The notes under the pieces are model-generated. The model saw nothing but the letters and a program-made list of their open reading frames with translations. It searched no databases and had not been told where the DNA came from. The position numbers were made by a program, and so were the translations under genes. From Fastidiosibacter lacustris (GTDB taxonomy: Bacteria; Pseudomonadota; Gammaproteobacteria; Francisellales; Francisellaceae): a DNA stretch of 32,000 bases. This document shows positions 12,257-22,670 of this stretch, one piece after another. Positions within the stretch are counted from its first letter, which is position 1, and each line of letters begins with the position of its first letter. Location of the stretch: the NCBI RefSeq assembly GCF_003428155.1, contig NZ_QLIR01000011.1, positions 35,396-67,395 of the forward strand, given 5' to 3'.

Positions 12257-13542
12257 TGTTAGGATTAGGGAGTAATTTAGGTGCTAAGCTTGATTACTTA
12301 CGCAAAGCAGTTGATCTTATTGATAAACGTATAGCTAAAATCATTGCTACTTCAAAGATTTATCAAACATCAGCATTGTTGCCACAAAGTGCACCAGTAA
12401 GTTGGAATATAGATTACTATAATATGGCGCTTCTTATTGAAACAACGCTTGAACCACAAGCTCTTTTATTAGGGATTAAGGCAATTGAAACAGAAATGGG
12501 GCGTGATGCACTACATGCGTTTTGGTCACCTAGAGAAATTGATATTGATATTCTGTGTTATGGAGATGTAACTTTAAGTAGTGATGCTCTTAATATTCCC
12601 CATAAGGCATTATTGGAGCGTAATTTTGCGTTAAAACCTTTGTTAGAGGTTTACCCTAATTGGCGTTATCCAAATAAAGACATAGATTTATATGAATACT
12701 TAAAAAAAATGGAAAAATTGAAGCTTGCCCCTTTTACTTTATCAGCAACTCAAATCATGGCAATTGTAAACTTATCAATAGATTCATTTTCAGCGGAAGA
12801 AGCTCAGCCACCAACTGTCGATGAATTTGCAGGTTATGTTATGAGATTGATTGAAGAAGGAGCGGAAGTCATTGATTTAGGTACAGAGAGTACTAAACCA
12901 CAGGTAAAAGCAAAAACTGCTGAGAAAAATTGGCTCATGCTTCAGCCTTATTTAATTGTCTTAGATGAGTTGATAAAATATACTGGCTTATCAGTTACAC
13001 CTAAAGTGAGCATTGATACCTACCATGCGCAAGTTGTTGAAAATGCCTTGCACTATTCATGTGTGAATATGATTAACGACGTTTATGGTATAGAAGCCCA
13101 AGCTATTGCAAATCTTATTAAAGGCGCTGATATTAAATATGTCTTTATGCACCAATTAGGCAAAGCGGCGACAAACTACCTTGACATTAATCGCGATCCT
13201 GTTTTAGAAGTTATTGAGTATGCGCAACAAAGAATCGCGGATCTTATGTCGTGGGGGATGAAAAAAGAGCAATTAATATTTGATATAGGAATTGGTTTTG
13301 GTAAGCACGATTATCAAGCACGTGCCTTACTTAAGCATGTAGATAAAATTAAATCAGCGTTAGGCGTGGAAATACTGATTGGTCATTCGCGTAAGTCATC
13401 AGTTATGCGAGTGGTTGAAGGCAAAAGCAATTTATACAAAGATATTGCAACGGCAATGATTGCTCATGAGCTTATCCAAAAAAATGTGGATTATCTTCGT
13501 GTCCATAACGTTGATTTAACGAATATGGCAAGGCAGATATAA
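12244..13542 (+). CDS. folKP: Bifunctional HPPK / dihydropteroate synthase fusion (FolK-FolP)
   Basis: HPPK domain (GLGSNLG...FWSPREIDIDIL) followed in the same frame by DHPS domain (IMAIVNLSIDSFS, DLGTESTKP, SIDTYHAQV, DIGIGFGK, GHSRKS). Start at MPKVVLG, overlapping folB by 13 bp. Confidence 0.93.
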   Translation: MPKVVLGLGSNLGAKLDYLRKAVDLIDKRIAKIIATSKIYQTSALLPQSAPVSWNIDYYNMALLIETTLEPQALLLGIKAIETEMGRDALHAFWSPREIDIDILCYGDVTLSSDALNIPHKALLERNFALKPLLEVYPNWRYPNKDIDLYEYLKKMEKLKLAPFTLSATQIMAIVNLSIDSFSAEEAQPPTVDEFAGYVMRLIEEGAEVIDLGTESTKPQVKAKTAEKNWLMLQPYLIVLDELIKYTGLSVTPKVSIDTYHAQVVENALHYSCVNMINDVYGIEAQAIANLIKGADIKYVFMHQLGKAATNYLDINRDPVLEVIEYAQQRIADLMSWGMKKEQLIFDIGIGFGKHDYQARALLKHVDKIKSALGVEILIGHSRKSSVMRVVEGKSNLYKDIATAMIAHELIQKNVDYLRVHNVDLTNMARQI

Positions 13543-13644
13543 GGCAGTCTAGATTGGTTAAACTAGCATGTTGTTATAGCTTCAAGTTTATAATTTGCTA
13601 CAATGTGTTCATTAGTCTTCAATGAACACTGGATTTTTGTTCTT

Positions 13645-14574
13645 ATGAGCTTTGAAAAAGCATTGTCGTTGGTCAATGTCAACAAAATTTATAAAGGTGG
13701 ATTGCACGCGGTTAAAGATATTAGTTTTGATGTTTATCCAGGTGATTTTTTTGCACTTTTGGGTCCAAATGGTGCTGGTAAATCAACCACCTTAGGCATG
13801 ATTTCATCTTTGGTTAACAAAACAAGTGGCAGCATAGAAGTGTGTGGTTTTGATACGGTAAAAGATGCGTATATGGCGCGTAAACATTTGGGTGTAATGC
13901 CGCAAGAAGTTAATGTAAATGTCTTTGAAACACCTTTACAGATCCTTTTAACCCAATCAGGTTTCTTTGGTATTTCACGTAATGAAACTGTTCCTTATGC
14001 AGAAAAGCTATTAAAAGACATGGCATTATGGGATAAAAAAGACACACAAGTCCGATTTTTATCAGGCGGAATGAAGCGCAGACTTATGGTTGCTCGTGCA
14101 TTAGTTCATAAACCAAAGGTATTGATTTTAGATGAACCGACAGCAGGTGTAGATGTTGAGTTAAGGCAAATATTGTGGCAGCAGATAAAAGCTTTAAATG
14201 ACAGGGGTTTAACCATTATTCTCACTACACATTATTTAGAAGAAGCAGAAAGCATGTGTAATCGTATTGCACTTATTCATAATGGTAAGCTTCATATCAG
14301 TTCAGACATGAAAACTTTTTTGCGTTCGGTTGAAAAAGAAACTTATGTTTTTGATTTAAAGCAACCCATAAGCATGAATAAATTTAGTTGTGAATATGGT
14401 CAATTTACAGTTGTTGACCAGATGACTTTAGAAATTGAAGTAGGTAAAGATGTATCCTTGAATCAATTATTTGCAGGGTTATCCGAGCAAAATATAGAAG
14501 TGATAAGTGTTAAAAGCAAAACGAATAAATTAGAAAAATTATTTATTGATGTTGCTAGAGAAAAAGTGTGGTAG
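13645..14574 (+). CDS. ABC-2 type transporter ATP-binding protein (YadG-like)
   Basis: LLGPNGAGKSTTLG, LSGGMKRRLMVARAL, LDEPTAGVD; start moved to the internal ATG at 13645. Confidence 0.9.
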   Translation: MSFEKALSLVNVNKIYKGGLHAVKDISFDVYPGDFFALLGPNGAGKSTTLGMISSLVNKTSGSIEVCGFDTVKDAYMARKHLGVMPQEVNVNVFETPLQILLTQSGFFGISRNETVPYAEKLLKDMALWDKKDTQVRFLSGGMKRRLMVARALVHKPKVLILDEPTAGVDVELRQILWQQIKALNDRGLTIILTTHYLEEAESMCNRIALIHNGKLHISSDMKTFLRSVEKETYVFDLKQPISMNKFSCEYGQFTVVDQMTLEIEVGKDVSLNQLFAGLSEQNIEVISVKSKTNKLEKLFIDVAREKVW

Positions 14575-14579
14575 AGGAC

Positions 14580-15359
14580 ATGACAATTAAAGAATATTGG
14601 ACGATTTATTATACGCTTCTTAGAAAAGAAGTTGTGCGCATATTTAGAATATGGCCACAAACGATTTTACCATCTGCCATTACGATGAGTTTATATTTTT
14701 TAATATTTGGCAAAGTCGTTGGTGCACGTGTTGGAATGATGGATGGCTTTGATTATATGCAGTTTATTACTCCAGGACTTGTTATTATGGCGGTGATTAA
14801 CAACGCCTATGCAAATGTAGTTGGATCTTTTTATGGTGCGCGTTTTAGTCATTCAATCGAAGAATTACTTGTTTCTCCTGCTAATAACCATCTGATTATT
14901 TTGGGATATATTTCGGGTGGGATTGTGCGTGGTGTAATTGTTGGTGTATTGGTAAGTATTGTTGCGGCACTCTTTGGTGGAATATCATTACATTTTCATA
15001 ATCTATTATTGATTATGCTTGCCTTTTTATTGTGTGGGGCGTTATTTTCATTGGGCGGGTTGCTCAATGGGATATTTTCCCAGAGCTTTGATGATACAAC
15101 CATTTTCCCAACTTTTGTATTAACACCACTGATTTACTTAGGGGGTGTATTTTATGGTCTAAGCGTATTGCCGCCATTTTGGCAGCATATTGTTCAATAT
15201 AATCCATTGTTTTATATTGTTGATTTTGTGCGTTTTGCTTTTATTGGATATTCTTCAATGAACCCCACAATTGCTTTTGTTGCAATTATTATCTTTATCG
15301 TTGTTTTATATAGTCTTGCATGGTATTTATTATCGCGTGGTATTCGTCTGAAGTCTTAA
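14580..15359 (+). CDS. ABC-2 type transporter permease (YadH-like)
   Basis: About 259 aa hydrophobic protein; F(G)ARFSHSIEELLVSPANN, GLLNGIFSQSFDDTTIFPTFVLTPLIYLGGVFY; directly after the ATPase gene. Confidence 0.9.
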   Translation: MTIKEYWTIYYTLLRKEVVRIFRIWPQTILPSAITMSLYFLIFGKVVGARVGMMDGFDYMQFITPGLVIMAVINNAYANVVGSFYGARFSHSIEELLVSPANNHLIILGYISGGIVRGVIVGVLVSIVAALFGGISLHFHNLLLIMLAFLLCGALFSLGGLLNGIFSQSFDDTTIFPTFVLTPLIYLGGVFYGLSVLPPFWQHIVQYNPLFYIVDFVRFAFIGYSSMNPTIAFVAIIIFIVVLYSLAWYLLSRGIRLKS

Positions 15360-15376
15360 ATTGAGTATTTTAATAA

Positions 15377-17026
15377 ATGAAAATTTCCATAGTTCAATTA
15401 AATTACGTTATTGCTGATTTTGACTATAACTTTGAAAAAATAAGTAAAGCAATATATACACATAAAGATTCAGATTTGATCGTTTTTTCTGAACTGTGTA
15501 TTACAGGTTACTATCCATATGATTTGTTAACTTATCCTGAAATTATTGATAGGCAAAATGAAGTAATTCAAAGAATTAAAGATTTAACAAAAAAATTACA
15601 GGTTGCTGTTATAATAGGTGCAGCTACAACAGTTTCAGCGCTTAAAAAGTTTCATAATAGTGCACTTGTAATTGATAAAGGTGAACTTGTATTTAGTTAT
15701 CATAAGCAATTAATTCCAAGTTATGGTGTATTTGATGAAGCACGGCATTTTATTCCAGCTAAAAATAACCCCGTATTTTCATTTAAAGGTCAAAGCATAG
15801 CACTTTTGGTATGTGAAGATATTTGGTATGACAATCATCAAGGCTATGATTATAATCCTATCGACGCTTTATCGTCGATAGGATTAGACGTCACTATTGT
15901 ATTAAATGCCTCACCATCGATGTTAGGCAAATTTCGACAACGCCAACGCATTGTGTCTAATATTGCCAATAAACTAAAGTCACCTATTATTTATAGCTCA
16001 CAAGTTGGTGGTTATGATGAGCTTGTCTATGATGGCGCAAGTTTTATTTGTAATAAAAAGGGCGAGCTTATCGCTCTAGCAAAGCATTTTGAAGAGGATG
16101 TAATTAGTGTTGACTTGGCAAATTTACCTTCTACGATATTGCCTTATCCTTATCAGAATCAGCCATATGCTTTAGTTTTAAAGCAGCTTACCTGTGGGCT
16201 TTATGATTATGTGCATAAATGTGGTTTTAAGGGTGTGGTTGTGGGCTCATCTGGTGGCATTGATAGTGCTTTGACACTTGCTATTGCAACTTTAGCATTA
16301 GGTAAAGAAAATGTAAAAGCCATTACGATGCCATCAGCTTATTCTTCAGCAGGCAGCGTTGATGACTCTGTTAAGCTATGCCACAATCTTGAAATTGAGT
16401 TATTTATCCGTGAGATCAAAGAAGAATTCTTATTAACTTGTCAGAATTTTGAAAAGGCATTTGGGCATCTACCTAAAAAACTCACCCAAGAGAATATGCA
16501 AGCACGCATTCGTGGACGCATTGTGATGGAATATTCTAATGACAGCGGATTTTTGATGCTTACAACAGGTAACAAAAGCGAGTTGGCGGTAGGTTATGCA
16601 ACCCTCTATGGAGATATGTGTGGTGCGTTGAATTGCATAGGTGATTTGTATAAACACGACGTTTATGCGTTAGCTGAATATATCAATCAATGTTATGGTG
16701 AGCTTATCCCCAAAGCGATCATTGATAAAGCCCCATCTGCGGAACTTTCAGAAGGTCAGAAAGATTCGGATAGTTTACCGGATTACTACTATTTAGATGC
16801 TATGCTTAAACTCTATTTAGAACGTGATTTATTGCAAGAAACAGAAATTAAGCATCTACAAAAAATCGTTGATAAAGTGGATATAAAAGAGCAAAAACGC
16901 ATTTATAAAATGGTGGAATTTGCTGAATTTAAACGTAAGCAAGCACCACAAATTCTGTTTATTCAACGTCGACCTTTTGGAATAGGGCGCAGAATGCCAG
17001 TAACAGCAAAATTTCAAAAGCAATAG
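15377..17026 (+). CDS. nadE: Glutamine-dependent NAD+ synthase
   Basis: N-terminal nitrilase-like domain (VFSELCITGYYPYDLL, LLVCEDIWY) and C-terminal NAD synthase (VVGSSGGIDSALTLAIA, TTGNKSELAVGYATLYGDMCG). Confidence 0.95.
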   Translation: MKISIVQLNYVIADFDYNFEKISKAIYTHKDSDLIVFSELCITGYYPYDLLTYPEIIDRQNEVIQRIKDLTKKLQVAVIIGAATTVSALKKFHNSALVIDKGELVFSYHKQLIPSYGVFDEARHFIPAKNNPVFSFKGQSIALLVCEDIWYDNHQGYDYNPIDALSSIGLDVTIVLNASPSMLGKFRQRQRIVSNIANKLKSPIIYSSQVGGYDELVYDGASFICNKKGELIALAKHFEEDVISVDLANLPSTILPYPYQNQPYALVLKQLTCGLYDYVHKCGFKGVVVGSSGGIDSALTLAIATLALGKENVKAITMPSAYSSAGSVDDSVKLCHNLEIELFIREIKEEFLLTCQNFEKAFGHLPKKLTQENMQARIRGRIVMEYSNDSGFLMLTTGNKSELAVGYATLYGDMCGALNCIGDLYKHDVYALAEYINQCYGELIPKAIIDKAPSAELSEGQKDSDSLPDYYYLDAMLKLYLERDLLQETEIKHLQKIVDKVDIKEQKRIYKMVEFAEFKRKQAPQILFIQRRPFGIGRRMPVTAKFQKQ

Positions 17027-17035
17027 GAGTTTTAA

Positions 17036-17305
17036 ATGAAAAAGGTAGCTGCGTTTGTATTATCATAAAATATGTTGATCTGTTAGATGAAATTGACAAG
17101 ACCCAATCACTTAAATATTTGAAAAAAGGTTAAATGATAAAGAATACTATAAAATATCAAAATACGATGGATTGGTAAGACAAAATTATATTACTTTATT
17201 TGCGAATATCAGCATTCTTTAAATAAACTTGATAACCTTTTTACTAAAGGTTTAGAAATAACTCACAAAGATAGAAATAAAAAAGGCATCAAAATTTTAT
17301 TGTGA
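17036..17305 (+). pseudogene. Possible degraded gene downstream of nadE
   Basis: AGGAG overlapping the nadE stop, then ATG opening a 10-codon frame (MKKVAAFVLS*). Protein-like stretches follow in shifting frames (IIIKYVDLLDEIDKTQSLKYLKKG*; EKRLNDKEYYKISKYDGLVRQNYITLFANISIL*; ICEYQHSLNKLDNLFTKGLEITHKDRNKKGIKILL*). Confidence 0.3.
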
Positions 17306-17368
17306 CTGTGCTTTATCTCATTTAAGCTTGGAAGCTAAATGATATAAAGATGAAAGTTAGAAACCACT

Positions 17369-18634
17369 ATGTCAGTTGACAAACCAAAATATGCCATGTT
17401 ATTTACTCCAATTTTAAGCATGTGTATTTTAACTATTGGTAATACTTTTTATACAACTTATACCACGCTTGAATTAGAGCGTATGGGGCAGAGTAATTTT
17501 ATTGTGGGTTTGATCTCTGCTGCTTATTTTACTGGAATGGTGCTAGGTTCTTATTTTAGTCAAAAGCTTATTTTGCGAATAGGTTATATTCGAGCATATG
17601 TCCTATTTGCAACTTTGATGGGGTTAGGCGCTATCTCACAGGGTATATTCTATGACGTACCCATTTGGGGAATATCACGTTTTATTTGTGGTTATGCACT
17701 TGCTGGGCTTTTTATCGTTGTTGAAGCATGGTGCTTAGAGGGAGCAGGTAAGAGTCACAAAGGACTTGTATTGTCGATTTATTTGTTTATTTATTATTTT
17801 GTCCAAGCAAGCGGACAATTTTTATTAAATATTCCATTTAACAGCGTGTTGATGACCTTTTGTGTGATTTCCATTTTGGCATCGATATCGATTATCCCAG
17901 TGTGTTTGACACGTTTTGAAATGCCAAAACAGGAGCATCCTAATCTGCTTTCACCTGTTATCCTTTATAAAAAAGCACCACTTGGTATGTGGACAGCGCT
18001 TGTTGCCGGGATGATATTAGGGAGTATTTATACGATTTATCCATTATTTCTAAAACAAGCAAAGATTCCCATTGAAAGCATTTCGTATCTGATGTTTGCC
18101 ATTATTCTTGGTGGTATGTTGCTTCAATTACCAATTGGTAAAATATCTGATTTAGTTGATCGCAGGATTGTGCTTGTATCAATGTTGATAGGCTCGGTGT
18201 TTATTTCCATTTTGATTTGTATCTTTCATAATAATTTTTGGCAACTTGCGATTTTTTCATTTATCCTAGGTGGACTTACTTTTACTTTTTACCCTTTGTC
18301 TATTAGCTATTCTAGCGATTATTTAAGTGCCGATCAGTTGATAGGTATCGTTGGGATTTTAGCACTTTCTTATGGGATGGGATCAATGATAGGACCGCTT
18401 GGTGTGACTTGGCTTATGTCCTTGTTTGGACCGTTTGGATTTTTTATTTATGTTGGTTTTGTTTGTTTATTGCTTATGACTTACACTTTATGGCGTATAC
18501 GTGTGCGTCAAGCACCCAATAATAATGAGAAGGTTGCATTTCAAAGCATGGCTGCTGAAACTTCTGTGGCGATAGAAGTCGTTTATGAACAGCAGTTAAT
18601 GGAAGAAAAAGAAGCCCCTGCTCATAAGCAATAA
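17369..18634 (+). CDS. MFS transporter (YcaD-like)
   Basis: 421 aa, about 12 hydrophobic segments; SYFSQKLILRIGYIRAYV, WGISRFICGYALAGLFIVVEAWCL, LPIGKISDLVDRRIVL. Confidence 0.85.
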   Translation: MSVDKPKYAMLFTPILSMCILTIGNTFYTTYTTLELERMGQSNFIVGLISAAYFTGMVLGSYFSQKLILRIGYIRAYVLFATLMGLGAISQGIFYDVPIWGISRFICGYALAGLFIVVEAWCLEGAGKSHKGLVLSIYLFIYYFVQASGQFLLNIPFNSVLMTFCVISILASISIIPVCLTRFEMPKQEHPNLLSPVILYKKAPLGMWTALVAGMILGSIYTIYPLFLKQAKIPIESISYLMFAIILGGMLLQLPIGKISDLVDRRIVLVSMLIGSVFISILICIFHNNFWQLAIFSFILGGLTFTFYPLSISYSSDYLSADQLIGIVGILALSYGMGSMIGPLGVTWLMSLFGPFGFFIYVGFVCLLLMTYTLWRIRVRQAPNNNEKVAFQSMAAETSVAIEVVYEQQLMEEKEAPAHKQ

Positions 18635-18655
18635 ACTCTGCAAAATGATTTTTGA

Positions 18656-19711
<1,056 letters not shown>

Positions 19712-19758
19712 TAGATAAAAAGATCAAAGAAAATATAAAAAAATAAAAAGGTTTAAAA

Positions 19759-22140
19759 ATGAAATTCAGTCATCAATGGTTGAGCAATTATTTGGATGAA
19801 AGCCCCACAGTGAGTGTGCTTAAGGAAAAACTCACCACAGCAGGATTAGAAGTCGATTCAATTGAGGCGGTCGCACCACCTTTTAGTGGTGTTGTTGTAG
19901 CAGAAATTAAAAGTATTGAAAAACATCGAGCTGCCGATAAGTTAAATATTTGCCAAGTAGATATTGGTGAAGATGAGCTATTGACTATCGTTTGTGGAGC
20001 AGGAAATGTTTACGCCGGAATGAAAGCACCACTGGCAAAAATTGGAGCACGGTTGCCTGGTGATTTTAAAATCAAAAAAAGTGAGCTTAGAGGGCAAGAG
20101 TCTTTTGGTATGTTGTGCTCGGAAAAAGAGCTAGGCATAAGTGAAGAAAGTGAAGGTTTAATGGACTTACCTATTGACGCCCCTATTGGTATAGATATAC
20201 GCCAGTATTTACAGTTGGACGATGATGTTATAGAAGTCGACTTAACGCCAAATCGCGCCGATTGTTTAAGTGTTTATGGTATTGCTAGAGAAGTGTCAGC
20301 CTTAACAAGTTCAAAATTAATAAAATTACCAGTAGTTGAATTACAAGCAACACAAAAAGCATCTAAAACCATAATAAGCCAAGCAAGCACACTTTGTCCG
20401 CGCTATTTTGGACGAATGATTAAAAGCGTTAATACTAAAGCTACAACACCTTTGTGGATGAAAGAGCGGTTACGTCGTTCAGGTTTGCGTTCAATTTCAG
20501 TTATTGTAGATATTACCAATTACGTTCTACTTGAACTTGGTCAGCCGATGCACGCATTTGATGCTGATAAACTAACAGGTAGTGTTTATACACGTATGGC
20601 AAAAGAGGGTGAGAAGATTATTTTGCTAGATGAGACTGAGGTGACTTTAAAAAGCAATACGCTTGTTATTGCTGATGATAACAAAGTGTTGGCAATTGCA
20701 GGTGTGATGGGTGGGCTTTATTCTTCGGTGACGGAAAACAGCAAGACTATATTCTTAGAAAGTGCTTATTTTACACCAGAGGCAATCGCAGGAAAAGCGC
20801 GTCAATATGGACTTCACACCGATTCATCTCATCGATTTGAACGTGGTGTAGATCCTAATCTTTGTGCATATGCAATTGATTATGCAACTTATCTTATTCT
20901 TGATATTGCTGGTGGAGAAATAGAAGATCTAGCAGTTGCAGATCACTATGTTGATGAAAACAAAATAATAACTTTGCGTTTGAGCAAGATTAATTCTATT
21001 TTAGGGATGAATTTTGAGACAAGTTATGTTGAGCAAATACTTCAATCATTGAATATCTCTATCAATAAATTATCACAAGATGCAAATGAAACACTTTGGC
21101 AGGTAATCCCGCCAAGCTATCGTTTTGATATAGCAATTGAAGAAGACTTGATTGAAGAGGTTGGTCGTATTTATGGCTATCAAAACTTACCGATGAGTTT
21201 ACCAGAAGTATCTTTGATACAACAGCAGGTATCTGAACAGGTAGTGGCGCTTAATCGTTTAAAAATAGTTTTGGTTGATCGTGGTTATCATGAGGTAGTG
21301 AATTACAGTTTTATCGACCCTAAACTAGATGCTTTATTTTTTAACCAGGCGGGACTTACATTACAAAACCCAATTTCACAAGATATGTCAGTGATGCGCC
21401 AAGGTCTGATTCCTGGGTTAGTCAGTACTTTTAAGTTCAACTTAAACCGTCAACAGTCACGCATACGCATTTTTGAAGAAGGAGTGTGCTTTCAACCAGC
21501 TGAGCAGCTGGCACATGAATATTTGCATTTTGCAGGTCTTGCTTATGGCAATATCAATCCACTGAATTGGCAAGAAACAACTTTAGCAGACTTCTATTCT
21601 GTTAAAGCCGATGTGGAGGCGTTACTACAACTTAATAAAAAGTCGATTAATTATGTTACATGTGAAGATATCGATTGGTTGCACCCAGGTCAGTCTGCTT
21701 ATATTTACCAAAACGGCGAGCAAGTTGGTGTGATTGGTATTTTGCATCCAAATATTATGAAAGTCATGCAGATTAAGGGGAAATCACCTGTCGTATTTGA
21801 GCTGCAAACTAGCAAAATTTCAAATCGAGATATTGCTAAGTTCATGGCAATTTCAAAATATCCAGCGGTTTCACGTGACATTGCGGTGATTGTTGATCGA
21901 AATACAACAGCTCAAAGGTTAATCGATGCAGTGAATAAAGCAAATGTATCACATTTGAATCAAGTGGATTTATTTGACATCTATCAAGGCGAAAGCTTGC
22001 CTGAAGATAAGAAGAGTGTTGCTTTAAATTTAATATTTCAAGACAATACGCAAACGCTGACTGATGAAATGATGAATGAAGCAATTACTAAAATTCTTAC
22101 CTCTTTAAAAACCCATGTGGATGCGAGTTTGCGTGAATAG
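19759..22140 (+). CDS. pheT: Phenylalanine--tRNA ligase beta subunit
   Basis: MKFSHQWLSNYLDE, tRNA-binding-like domain, DLTPNRADCLSVYGIAREVSAL, C-terminal anticodon-binding fold. Confidence 0.97.
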   Translation: MKFSHQWLSNYLDESPTVSVLKEKLTTAGLEVDSIEAVAPPFSGVVVAEIKSIEKHRAADKLNICQVDIGEDELLTIVCGAGNVYAGMKAPLAKIGARLPGDFKIKKSELRGQESFGMLCSEKELGISEESEGLMDLPIDAPIGIDIRQYLQLDDDVIEVDLTPNRADCLSVYGIAREVSALTSSKLIKLPVVELQATQKASKTIISQASTLCPRYFGRMIKSVNTKATTPLWMKERLRRSGLRSISVIVDITNYVLLELGQPMHAFDADKLTGSVYTRMAKEGEKIILLDETEVTLKSNTLVIADDNKVLAIAGVMGGLYSSVTENSKTIFLESAYFTPEAIAGKARQYGLHTDSSHRFERGVDPNLCAYAIDYATYLILDIAGGEIEDLAVADHYVDENKIITLRLSKINSILGMNFETSYVEQILQSLNISINKLSQDANETLWQVIPPSYRFDIAIEEDLIEEVGRIYGYQNLPMSLPEVSLIQQQVSEQVVALNRLKIVLVDRGYHEVVNYSFIDPKLDALFFNQAGLTLQNPISQDMSVMRQGLIPGLVSTFKFNLNRQQSRIRIFEEGVCFQPAEQLAHEYLHFAGLAYGNINPLNWQETTLADFYSVKADVEALLQLNKKSINYVTCEDIDWLHPGQSAYIYQNGEQVGVIGILHPNIMKVMQIKGKSPVVFELQTSKISNRDIAKFMAISKYPAVSRDIAVIVDRNTTAQRLIDAVNKANVSHLNQVDLFDIYQGESLPEDKKSVALNLIFQDNTQTLTDEMMNEAITKILTSLKTHVDASLRE

Positions 22141-22146
22141 GGTTAG

Positions 22147-22668
22147 TTAATAACAGTACTCAATTGCTTTGAAAATTCCCTGTATGATTTGAACAGGTGA
22201 AGGAGGGCACCCTTTGACAACTACATCCACTGGAATAATCCCTTGAATTCCTCCTTCAACCGCATAACTGTCTTTAAAAACGCCTCCACAATGCGCACAA
22301 TCACCTATAGCTAGAACTAACTTTGGATGAGGCATGGCCTCATAGGTTTTAACAAGCGCATCACGCATATTTTTGGTTATAGGACCTGTCACAAATAACA
22401 TGTCGGCATGACGGGGACTTGCAACAAATCGTATACCATAGCTCTCAAGGTTATAAAAGGGATTGTTAGTTGCATGAACTTCAAGTTCGCAGGCATTACA
22501 AGAGCCGGCATCCACCATACGAATAGCAAGTGCTTTACCAAAACGTTGAGCAATTCTTTTTTCAAGTATCTTGCCAACTATTTCTAGATCATCAATATCA
22601 TTAACTATAGGGTTTATTTTTTCACTTTTAATACCTGTTTTAAGTAACTTTTTTGTAAACTTCCACAT
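22147..22668 (-). CDS. NuoB/HyfI-like small subunit of complex I / group 4 hydrogenase-related complex
   Basis: 173 aa; DAGSCNACELE, MLFVTGPIT, AIGDCAHCGGVF, VKGCPPSP retain the proximal 4Fe-4S cysteines. Confidence 0.9.
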   Translation of the reverse strand: MWKFTKKLLKTGIKSEKINPIVNDIDDLEIVGKILEKRIAQRFGKALAIRMVDAGSCNACELEVHATNNPFYNLESYGIRFVASPRHADMLFVTGPITKNMRDALVKTYEAMPHPKLVLAIGDCAHCGGVFKDSYAVEGGIQGIIPVDVVVKGCPPSPVQIIQGIFKAIEYCY

Positions 22669-22670
22669 GA

